DNA from: Candidatus Omnitrophota bacterium | Lineage (GTDB): Bacteria > Omnitrophota > Gorgyraeia > Zapsychrales > Aceulaceae | Reading direction: 5' to 3' | Assembly (NCBI GenBank): GCA_029564765.1 | Contig: JAKQPK010000050.1 | Coordinates: forward strand, 210,977 to 274,976 | Length of the DNA stretch: 64,000 bases | Program-made: the position numbers and the translations under genes | In this document: one piece after another, positions 27,985 to 36,500 of the stretch | Numbering within the stretch: position 1 is the first letter of the stretch | Layout: each line of letters starts with the position of its first letter | The notes under the pieces: generated by a model | Told to the model about the DNA's origin: nothing | The model's database searches: none | Seen by the model: the letters and a program-made list of their open reading frames with translations, nothing else

Positions 27985-28362
27985 TTATTTTAAAATATTC
28001 TGAACCTTTAACAGCAGATCATTTCGATCATAGGGCTTGGCGATCGTTTCGTACCAGCAATCATCAATGTTGATCTTTAAGGGTGATCCGATCTCTTCCT
28101 CAGGCTTGATCATCGCCGTTAAGAAGATCACCGGCGTCAGGCGCAGCTGGGGATATCCTTTGAGCACTTTGACCGCCTCCGCTCCACCAATATCCGGCAA
28201 GATCAAATCCATCAAGATAAGGTCGGGCAAGATATCCTTGACTTTCTGAAGGGCTTCTCTGGCGTTGACAGCCGTTGTCACATGATAACCGGCAACGGTA
28301 AGCTCTTTGGCAAGAACCTTAAGAACATCTGGCTCATCATCCACAACGAGAATCTTTTTCAT
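27985..28362 (-). CDS. Single-domain response regulator (receiver)
   Basis: ILVVDDEP, PDLILMD, IFLTA, AKPY. Confidence 0.9.
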   Translation of the reverse strand: MKKILVVDDEPDVLKVLAKELTVAGYHVTTAVNAREALQKVKDILPDLILMDLILPDIGGAEAVKVLKGYPQLRLTPVIFLTAMIKPEEEIGSPLKINIDDCWYETIAKPYDRNDLLLKVQNILK

Positions 28363-28375
28363 ACCACTCCTTGAG

Positions 28376-28795
28376 CTATGACAACGCGATGTTGATCACA
28401 TCATGCCGGCCAAGAACGCCAACAAGCTTGTCCCCATTGTAAACAGGGATCGTGTGGACATTCTTGCGGTGCATGATCGCGATCGCCTTTACGACCTTAT
28501 CATCCTGCTGCAAGCTAAAGACCTTTTTGCTGGCCAGCTCTCCTACGGGACGCTGGGAAACTTTTTGAAGCTCATCGATGCGATGGATCCCCTTAGAGAT
28601 CGATTCCGCCATTAACCGCAAAAGATCTGTTGTCGTAAATATTCCAATAAGTTTATTAGGGTTTTTATCGCTAACGACCAAAATACCGTTAATTTGATAA
28701 CGGAACAGCAAGTGCGCGACATTGCCGACCGATACGCTTTCCTTTACCTTGATCGGATGATCGCACATGACATCCTTGAGAGCAATCTTAAGCAT
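28376..28795 (-). CDS. CBS-pair domain protein
   Basis: LKDVM, LIGIFTTTDLL, IPVY..KLVGVLGRHDVI. Confidence 0.85.
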   Translation of the reverse strand: MLKIALKDVMCDHPIKVKESVSVGNVAHLLFRYQINGILVVSDKNPNKLIGIFTTTDLLRLMAESISKGIHRIDELQKVSQRPVGELASKKVFSLQQDDKVVKAIAIMHRKNVHTIPVYNGDKLVGVLGRHDVINIALS

Positions 28796-28816
28796 GTTGA
28801 TTTTCCCTTTTAAAAA

Positions 28817-29353
28817 CTAAGCTCCCGCCTCGTCAGTCACCTGCCCCAACAAAGAGGCTAATGTAGGCATCGGCCTGGCGCCAAGCTCTTTATCAAGCAT
28901 CAAAATGCCCTGGCCTTTATCTCCTACATATTTTAGCTTTGCCAAAATGTCTAAAGCGTTCTTTTCTTCTTCGACCTGCTCGGTGACAAACCATTCCAAA
29001 AAGATCAACGAGGCATTATCGTTTTGTTTCTGAGCTAAAGAATAGAGATTGTTAATATTTTTGGTGACAAACTTCTCGTGATCCAGGGTCTTCTCAAAAA
29101 CTTCCTGAACAGACTTAAAAGACCCCTCAGGTTTTTCAATCGCATCGAGCGTAACCACCCCGCCTCGATCAAAGATATAAGAATAGAACTTCATGGCATG
29201 GGCCATCTCTTCGATCGCCTGGGCTTTCATCCATTGAGCAAAACCACCCAAACTTTCCGCGTCAAAATATGCCGCCATGGCCAAATATAAATAGGATGAA
29301 AACATTTCACGGTTGATCTGCGCGTTCATCTCTTTTTCCATTTTTTTATCCAT
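28817..29353 (-). CDS. ftnA: Non-heme ferritin
   Basis: QINREMFSSYLY, EEMAHAMK, HEKFVT, WFVTEQVEEE ferroxidase residues. Confidence 0.95.
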   Translation of the reverse strand: MDKKMEKEMNAQINREMFSSYLYLAMAAYFDAESLGGFAQWMKAQAIEEMAHAMKFYSYIFDRGGVVTLDAIEKPEGSFKSVQEVFEKTLDHEKFVTKNINNLYSLAQKQNDNASLIFLEWFVTEQVEEEKNALDILAKLKYVGDKGQGILMLDKELGARPMPTLASLLGQVTDEAGA

Positions 29354-29442
29354 AACAAAACTCCTTTATAAAATTAACGTCCATGTCTGACTTTTTGAGT
29401 ATACTACGTTTTACATGTTTGAAGATATTTTTTCTGTTTTGA

Positions 29443-29474
29443 TCGGGCAGCCTGGCATCAGGCTGCCCGACTAC
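29443..29474 (-). repeat. GTAG-preceded GC-rich palindrome (REP-like)
   Basis: Minus strand GTAG-TCGGGCAGCCTG-atgc-CAGGCTGCCCGA; no U tract follows. Confidence 0.5.
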
Positions 29475-29477
29475 CCG

Positions 29478-30020
29478 TTACTCCTGAAAGCTAAGATCCG
29501 ACGGCTCAAAATATTCCTTAGGATGCTTGCAGGACGGACACGCGGTCGGCGGTTCCTTGCCCTCATGGATGAAGCCGCATTTACTGCATTTCCACTGGAT
29601 GGGCTTTTCTCTTTTGTAGACCGTTCCGCTCTCAACCATGGCCAACAATTTTTTATAACGCTCTTCATGATGCTTTTCCACTTTCGCGACCTGATCAAAA
29701 AGCCGAGCGACATCTTCAAATCCTTCCGCGCGGGCATCCTTGGCAAAATTCGGATACATTTCCGTTGTCTCATAGTGCTCGCCGCCCATCGCTTCCTTCA
29801 GGTTAGCGACCGTATCTCCGATGCCACCTAAGAACTTAAACTCATCCTTGGCATGCTGCATCTCGTTATCAGCTGTTTCACGGAAAAGTTTTCCGATATA
29901 CAAATACCCTTCTTTTTCCGCGGCCTTAGCAAAGTACGTATACTTATTTCTTGCTTGGGACTCACCGGCAAAAGCCGCCATGAGATTTTTTTCCGTTTTT
30001 GATCCTTTTAACTCAGCCAT
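29478..30020 (-). CDS. rbr: Rubrerythrin
   Basis: [28 protein letters not shown]-terminal CSKC...CPSC. Confidence 0.96.
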   Translation of the reverse strand: MAELKGSKTEKNLMAAFAGESQARNKYTYFAKAAEKEGYLYIGKLFRETADNEMQHAKDEFKFLGGIGDTVANLKEAMGGEHYETTEMYPNFAKDARAEGFEDVARLFDQVAKVEKHHEERYKKLLAMVESGTVYKREKPIQWKCSKCGFIHEGKEPPTACPSCKHPKEYFEPSDLSFQE

Positions 30021-30032
30021 TTCTCCTCCGTA

Positions 30033-30151
30033 TTTAAGTTGATTGTGTTAGTTGTGTTGATTGAGTCCTTTGAGTTGTTTAAGCTTAAGGCTATTGCATA
30101 GATCCATAACCCAACAACCTCAATAAACCCAAGGAACCCTACAAACCTTTT
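30033..30151. repeat. Intergenic 9-bp-period inverted repeat array
   Basis: Six nTTGRGTTn-like units (30033-30086) facing five reverse-complement units (30107-30151). Confidence 0.75.
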
Positions 30152-30861
30152 TAATACCCTACAAAATTCTCTGATTTTATATTTTCCGGCAAGCAGCCAA
30201 GCGCTCGACAAGCCTGGTTCATCGCGCTGACCATGGCCGGCGGCCCTGAAATAAGAAAAATTCGTTCCTTCAGATCAGGGATCTCGCAAGAAATCATTTC
30301 TGACGTGATCATCCCCTGCCGATAACTGTTATTATGCGGCTTTTCATCAACGATCGTGTGAACAACATGGATACTCGGATCATGGTTCGTCCACGCGTCC
30401 AGATCCGAGCGAAATGGTATATCGCTTTCCAACAAATTAGAATAAAGCATGATTACGTCACATGGAAGACGGCTGAAGACAACATGCTCTAATATAGATA
30501 TCGCGGGTGTAATGCCAATGCCTCCGATCAAAAAAGCCACCTTATGGTGTTGATCGTCTAACGTGCAACTTCCCATAGGGCCTTTTAGCAAAACGTCTTC
30601 GCCCTTAGCAAGGCTCCAAAGCCTCCGCGAGAAATCACTTCCTGAAAAACGCTTGGTCAGCTCCACATACTCTTTTCCTGGGCGACAAGAAAATGATAGA
30701 TATTTGTTCAACTTTTTATTATTTCGATCCTGCTCATCAAAAACGACCTGCGCGAACTGTCCTGGGACAAAATCGATCTTTTCACAAGGACAAAAACGAA
30801 AACTGTACACAGTGTCCGTGCGCTGGATACGCTCAAGAAATTTTAGCCGATACTCATTCAT
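30151..30861 (-). CDS. FAD/NAD(P)-binding oxidoreductase (ferredoxin-NADP reductase-like)
   Basis: FVPGQF, KYLSFS, GPMG, IGGIGITP, SGPPAMV, ENFVGY. Confidence 0.88.
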   Translation of the reverse strand: MNEYRLKFLERIQRTDTVYSFRFCPCEKIDFVPGQFAQVVFDEQDRNNKKLNKYLSFSCRPGKEYVELTKRFSGSDFSRRLWSLAKGEDVLLKGPMGSCTLDDQHHKVAFLIGGIGITPAISILEHVVFSRLPCDVIMLYSNLLESDIPFRSDLDAWTNHDPSIHVVHTIVDEKPHNNSYRQGMITSEMISCEIPDLKERIFLISGPPAMVSAMNQACRALGCLPENIKSENFVGY

Positions 30862-30867
30862 TGCGAT

Positions 30868-31281
30868 TTATCTTTTTTTTGACGAACAATCCTTGCAGAC
30901 CCCGTAAAAATACCCTTGAAAATTCTCAATGGCATGGCCTTGCACGCTTTTACGATCGAGCACTGGGCATCGCGGCATCTCAACATCTAAAACCTTTCGA
31001 CATAGACGGCATAAAAAGTGATGATGATCTTCGTCTGTCCTCTCGTACAGCGATCGGCTAAAATCGATCTTGATCTCATTGAGCAGATGCTTGCTTGTGA
31101 AATTCTCCAAGATCGCGTAAACCGTTCCCAAAGAGATCGCAGGAACCTGCGCCTTCACTTTCTGGAAGATCTCTTCAGCGCTCAAATGGCACTTGCCATT
31201 ATTGAAAACACCATATACCGCCAGCCGTTGCGGCGTGACCTTAACTTTGTGCTGACGTAAAATTTGCTCAGATCGCTTCAT
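30868..31281 (-). CDS. perR: Fur-family regulator, probably PerR
   Basis: VTPQR, HLSAEEI, SLGTVY, HHHFLCRLC, CKDC; embedded in a peroxide/O2 defence operon. Confidence 0.75.
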   Translation of the reverse strand: MKRSEQILRQHKVKVTPQRLAVYGVFNNGKCHLSAEEIFQKVKAQVPAISLGTVYAILENFTSKHLLNEIKIDFSRSLYERTDEDHHHFLCRLCRKVLDVEMPRCPVLDRKSVQGHAIENFQGYFYGVCKDCSSKKR

Positions 31282-31757
31282 TATTTTTCTTTCACAGGAT
31301 CCACGTGAGGCGGCGCAAGATCAACGACGTTCTCAACATTGACCTTGATTAAATATTTTGGATGTAAAGGAAGATGGGCTTCGTGGTGTTTTCTGGATTT
31401 AAACCCTGCCTGAACACTGCGTGCGATACGCTTAGAAATACGATGAACGACCCTTTTCTCCCACTCTTCAAAGATCTTTTCATGCAACTGGTCGCGGGTG
31501 ATGATCTCGGCTTGCCCTTGAAGCGTGTACCCTTTGAACAAATGATCGTCAAATGCCGTAATGCTGATCATGGGGTTGCGCTTAAGATTGCGAAATGTCC
31601 GATAAAGATAGAGGTCGATCAAGAAAAGATTATCTGGGCTCTCAGCGCTGATGATCCCCTTGATCGAACAATGGATACACCCTTTTTCATCCAGGGTTGA
31701 GACGATAACACTGTCTTGGCTTTCAAAGAAATTGATAATTTCTTTATCGATCCGCAT
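31281..31757 (-). CDS. Pyridoxamine 5'-phosphate oxidase-like FMN-binding protein
   Basis: IVSTLD..G, RTFRNLKRNP, GYTLQGQAEI split-barrel pattern. Confidence 0.75.
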   Translation of the reverse strand: MRIDKEIINFFESQDSVIVSTLDEKGCIHCSIKGIISAESPDNLFLIDLYLYRTFRNLKRNPMISITAFDDHLFKGYTLQGQAEIITRDQLHEKIFEEWEKRVVHRISKRIARSVQAGFKSRKHHEAHLPLHPKYLIKVNVENVVDLAPPHVDPVKEK

Positions 31758-31761
31758 GTCT

Positions 31762-32961
31762 CTATTGTCCGATCAATGTCTTGGCAGTAGTTACTGCGTA
31801 AGCGAGGCCCTCTAGATCACTTGCGCTTGGAATAAACTGAACATATTTTCCTTGGCCGACAAGCTCAAAGCCAGCATCCTGAATAGATGTTTCCAATTCT
31901 TTAAAACCAACCATCGACCACCCATAAGAACCAAAAGTCATCGCATATTTATTTCTGCATTTCAGGCCTTTTAAGTACATCAACAGCCCAGCCATTGTTG
32001 GAAGCATGCGATTATTCAAGATCGGCGTTCCAAAAATAACAAGCTTTGATGTTAAAATATCTGTCACGATATCCGACATATGCCCCGCTTGCAGGCTGAC
32101 AAGCTTAACAAAGATCCCTTCTCTATCAAAAATTTCTTGAAGCTTCTCTGCCATTTGCTTGGTCGAATTCCACATCGTGTCATAAACGATCAACACTTTT
32201 TTATCCGCCTGGTAATTAGCCCATTTCTCGTACAAATGGACGATCTTAGCGATATCTTCTTTCCGCCTCCAGATCAATCCGTGCGAAGGGCAGATCATGT
32301 CGATCACCATCGGCTTGAGCGCTTCTAAAGCCTTGAGCACTTGGTTTCCATATGGCATCACGATATTAGCGTAATACTTGGCCGCATCCTCAAAAATGAC
32401 ATCCGCGCCAGCCTCATCCGCATAACGCTCGACCGATGCGCGATGCTGGCCAAAGGCGTCATTAGGAAAAAGGATCTTGTCCTGCGGCGAATACGTTGCC
32501 ATAGAATCCGGCCAATGGACCATCGGCATAAGGAAGAATTTCAACGTTCGCTTACCAATGTTGAGCTCATCACCGGTGTTGACAACTTTAAAATTCCAGT
32601 CTTTTTCGCTTCGCGTACCACTAGGCAGGAAATGTTTCCTTAGCCCCTCGCATCCTTTGGGCGAGCAAACAACTTGCGCTTGAGGGCAAAACTTCAGCAA
32701 GCTGTCGATGGACCCAGAATGGTCCATTTCGGTATGATTAGAAATGATGTATTGAATCTTATCAGGGTCGATCACTTCCTTGATGCGAGAGATCATCTCA
32801 TCAAAGCCGTAATACTTGACCGTATCGATCAACGTCGGCTTTTCATCAAGGATCAAATAAGAGTTGTATGTAGAGCCTGAGGGCGTGTCATAGCCGTGAA
32901 AATTACGCAGGTCCCAATCAATGTATCCGGTCCAATAAATATCAGGAGAGATAGAGTGCAT
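31762..32961 (-). CDS. fprA: Flavodiiron protein (A-type flavoprotein)
   Basis: GSTYNSY, NHTEMDHSG, HWPDSM, DAFGQH, PSHG, YDTMWNST, FGSYGWS. Confidence 0.95.
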   Translation of the reverse strand: MHSISPDIYWTGYIDWDLRNFHGYDTPSGSTYNSYLILDEKPTLIDTVKYYGFDEMISRIKEVIDPDKIQYIISNHTEMDHSGSIDSLLKFCPQAQVVCSPKGCEGLRKHFLPSGTRSEKDWNFKVVNTGDELNIGKRTLKFFLMPMVHWPDSMATYSPQDKILFPNDAFGQHRASVERYADEAGADVIFEDAAKYYANIVMPYGNQVLKALEALKPMVIDMICPSHGLIWRRKEDIAKIVHLYEKWANYQADKKVLIVYDTMWNSTKQMAEKLQEIFDREGIFVKLVSLQAGHMSDIVTDILTSKLVIFGTPILNNRMLPTMAGLLMYLKGLKCRNKYAMTFGSYGWSMVGFKELETSIQDAGFELVGQGKYVQFIPSASDLEGLAYAVTTAKTLIGQ

Positions 32962-32989
32962 AATTAAATGAAAGGGTTAAAGAGTTAAG

Positions 32990-33160
32990 AGTATTTAGTC
33001 GATAGTATTTAGTAAAAACAAAAATAAAGAATCTGAAACGAAAAAGATTTATTCTACTCTTCTAAAGATTTTCTCAATTCGCAATTCTTTTATGCTTGTC
33101 GTTTTACGCTTTATTTCTTAACTTTTTTCACTATATACTAAATACTATCGGCTAAATACT
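32990..33160. repeat. Intergenic element bounded by 25-bp, 7-bp-period inverted repeats
   Basis: AGTATTTAGTCGATAGTATTTAGTA (32990-33014) vs TACTAAATACTATCGGCTAAATACT (33136-33160), 24/25 complementary; AT-rich non-coding interior. Confidence 0.8.
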
Positions 33161-33163
33161 TTT

Positions 33164-33328
33164 TTATCCTTCTACTGCCTCAAAATCCGCCTTTGACACC
33201 CCGCACTCTGGGCACACCCAAGAATCAGGAATAGCTTCAAATGCTGTGCCGGGTGCAATATTGCCGTCTGGATCCCCTTTTTCCGGGTCATAGATGTAGC
33301 CGCAAACAGTGCATTTATATTTTTTCAT
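33164..33328 (-). CDS. Rubredoxin
   Basis: [15 protein letters not shown]...WVCPECG; RBS AGGAGG upstream of ATG 33328. Confidence 0.97.
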   Translation of the reverse strand: MKKYKCTVCGYIYDPEKGDPDGNIAPGTAFEAIPDSWVCPECGVSKADFEAVEG

Positions 33329-33348
33329 AAACAGCCTCCTTTGCGTGA

Positions 33349-33435
33349 GCACACAACTTACGCGACTGAAAGGAGCGTCAAGTTGTCCGTGCGAATTTAT
33401 CCCGGTGAAGCTGCGACCTAGCAGCTGAATCGGGA
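33349..33435. repeat. Two adjacent REP-like hairpins in the rubredoxin leader
   Basis: GCAC-ACAACTT-ACGC...GCGT-c-AAGTTGT-cc-GTGC and TCCCGG-tga-AGCTGC..GCAGCT-gaa-TCGGGA. Confidence 0.55.
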
Positions 33436-33494
33436 AACATTAAATAGATTTTAATATTACCACAGAACGTTATACAAATATCAATATTTTCTAA

Positions 33495-33534
33495 TCAGGA
33501 ATAGTTATTATATAGGAATATCCTTAGATGTCAA
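33495..33534 (-). promoter_or_regulatory. Sigma70 promoter of the oxidative-stress operon with possible PerR/Fur sites
   Basis: TTGACA-N16-TATAAT on the minus strand (33534-33507); AGGAATA repeated on both sides of the -10. Confidence 0.6.
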
Positions 33535-33539
33535 GAAAG

Positions 33540-36500
33540 TTATCGAGCAAGGCTCAGCCGTGGTTGGCTTTCTTGGCGAACACCGAGCAAAAGCGGAAGA
33601 TTTGTAACCGGCGCGATATTGATAATAACAGGATAGAGCCCATCAATCTCAATATTCTCAAAATTCTCAAGGTCAAATTGTATAGGGCTTGCGCCTCCCT
33701 GACGTTCAAGGTCGAAATGAGCAGGATTAAGATCGATACCGCCGACTTCGTTTGGCTTCACTTGAGCTTGTTCGTATCCAGTCCTAACATCCTTAAGAGA
33801 ATCAATAAGATCAGAATAAGAATCATACCCTAAAGCCCAAGCCAAAGCCTGTTTCTTGCTGCTTGAGAATTCCTCATTTTTAAATTCTAAGTAATTCTGG
33901 ATCACATCCCAAACAGCTTTCTTAGACTCAATGGTTAAGTACCGAAGTTGGACATCTTGTGTGATCGTCGCTTCACCTGCTGATCGATCGATCACGATTC
34001 CGCTGTCTTCGAATGTCTTTTTTGCAAAAATCAAATTAATACCACCAAAACCATTCAAAAGACGAACACGCGTCATCTGCCCCTCTCCGCCGGGATTCAC
34101 GAATATTCTTTGTGCCTGAGAACCGATCATTTTCCCGTCGCTCTCAAAAATCATCTTATACAAATTCTCTAAAGTGGTTACTGTGCCGTAAGCCTCTTTT
34201 ATGGCTGAATAATTTTTTGCAAGCCAGCCTTCAACATCAAAAAATGATCGACCATGTTCTTGTGCGATAGCCTGCAACGCAACATCTACTTCAATTCCTG
34301 GTCTAAGACGATCCATTCGTTCAACACTCGATGTAATTCTCAGCTTATCAGCCGCATCATTAACTGGTATAAAATCACGATATTTTTCAAGCCATTCCTT
34401 TGTTTTTTGGATAAAAGCCAAGGCTTCCCTTGCACCCATACCAGAAATAAGCCCGTTTTGAATCTTTTGAGAAATCGCATCCCACTGCTCCTTTATTTCG
34501 CCTTGAGATACAGCTGACGATACCGGACTCCCGTCAGGATTAAAAAGCTCTAGCTGTTCGCCTGCCTTCCTGAAGAATACTTTTTCTCCAGCCGCGAGCT
34601 TATTTAAAAGCGGCTGTGAGACCGTATAAACGCCATCGCCAGCAAGCTGCATCTTTACTTTGATGCTCTGCTGAAGGGCACGATACGCCCCTTGAACGAT
34701 ATCGTTGGTCAGTGTATTCTCGGGAAACACCCACATCTCAAGACTACTCGAAAAGAAATCCGCAGTCGTGATAACAAATTTTCCATCAGAGGCCTTGCGC
34801 GCTTGATATTTAAGACCCAAGGTTCTTGTAATATTTTCGTTGATCCCCTGAGCTGCTTTAAAATGCTCCATAATATTGCCGTTGGGCTCTTGATAGCGCT
34901 CGCTAAAGAAGACAACGATGTTGCTATTGTTTGTTGTGTCAACAACAGCCTTGAATTTCCAGATGCCGTCCTTGTCCAGTGTGGCTATCTTTTCGATCGT
35001 CTTGTCATTTAGCTCTAACGCCCTTCCATTTTCAAGCAAGACATCCTCTGTGAGATCGCGCGTTGAACGAGAAATGCGATCATTGAAATAAAGCGCATGC
35101 AGCGTTGGTATAAACTGCTTCTTTTCCTGAATAACCTTTTGGACTTCCTGATATATCCTAGCCTTATTCTTTTCAGGATATTGACGATCAAGCGCTAAGA
35201 TAATATTTTCCGCTGTTGGACGGGAAACCCTGATGCGTCCACCTTCTGTGATGATAAAATTTCGGAAAGCTGGAACATTCTCATAATATTCTTCAATCGT
35301 AAAGATGCCCTTCCAGAAAAAATCTTCTGGCAAATCCAGCTTGCTCCTGCTCTTAAACTGCAAAAGCTGTGTGTCAATAACATAAGCCCCATCGATCTCA
35401 ATAATTTCATGAGTAATGCCTAACTCTTCTTCGCGAATCCTGTCTGCATTGGGTGGAATGTATATCGTTTTTGGCTCAAAACCATAGTTGAGGCGCAAAT
35501 GGCTGCTGTTTTCCCAGATGCCCATGATCTCGTTGGTGGCTAAGGCGCACTGATTAGAATGCTTCGGATCGTACTTCTTGATGATCGACTCCGCCAAATT
35601 CTTTAATTCGGCTGGGATGCTCGAGGAAGAAGCCGAAACATACAGATCTCCGACACCATAATCAACAACCCCACCATCAATAGAAATGCCTAAAATATCT
35701 CGTTGGCTGACTTTCTTAAAACCGCTCAATCCTTCAAAATACGCCTGATCGACCTTGGCTGGAGCATAATAAATCTTGCCATCTGATCTCATCTTTTTTC
35801 TTAGATTTCCACTATTGTGCCATTTCTCAAAAAAGTTCGCCACCTGCGGCGAAGGGTTGATCACGGACAAATAGTCGATCGCGCCATCAGGAATATGGTA
35901 AAGAAGATCGGCAAACTCCCCTTTAAGGATCACAAGATTCTCTTTTTCTTCTTTAAGACCATCTAATTTTTTTTGGTCCCATAGTTCTCGGTAATAATAC
36001 CCCGACTCTGCAAATGAATCAAAACCAATAACACCTATATCCCTATTTTGACCAGCCACAGCCAAAGGAAATCGTCCTTGGCCTGTTCCAGCATCTACAT
36101 AGATCTGGCCATGCTTCTGCAGGATCGAAACAGCCTTTGCGACCGCCTCCTGAGAATTCCCTTGCCTGACAAGATATTGTTCAAAATTCCTGATTTCTGA
36201 TGAAATAGCTGAAGAGACATCGCTATCAGCGTAACGTTTCTTTCCATCCTGGGACAGGACGACCATTCTCGTTCCATCTGCAGGTCGGATAGGAAGTAGA
36301 GAGTCGAAAGTCGCGTTGATCAGCATGTAATCTTCTTCGGGATAAAACGCTTTAATATTTTTCATAAAAAGATTAAATTTGTTTTGCCGCTCTTCTTGTG
36401 TCATGCGGCTATAAGCAACCCACTCGAGGATGTTGGAGACATGGACCACAGAAGCTTGTCCTGAAATTTGCGCTTTTTGTAAGAATTCTCTTATCATTTC

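Noticed and set aside
30033-30151. Periodic repeats as a CRISPR array
   Set aside because: Units are 9-bp degenerate tandem repeats without unique spacers.
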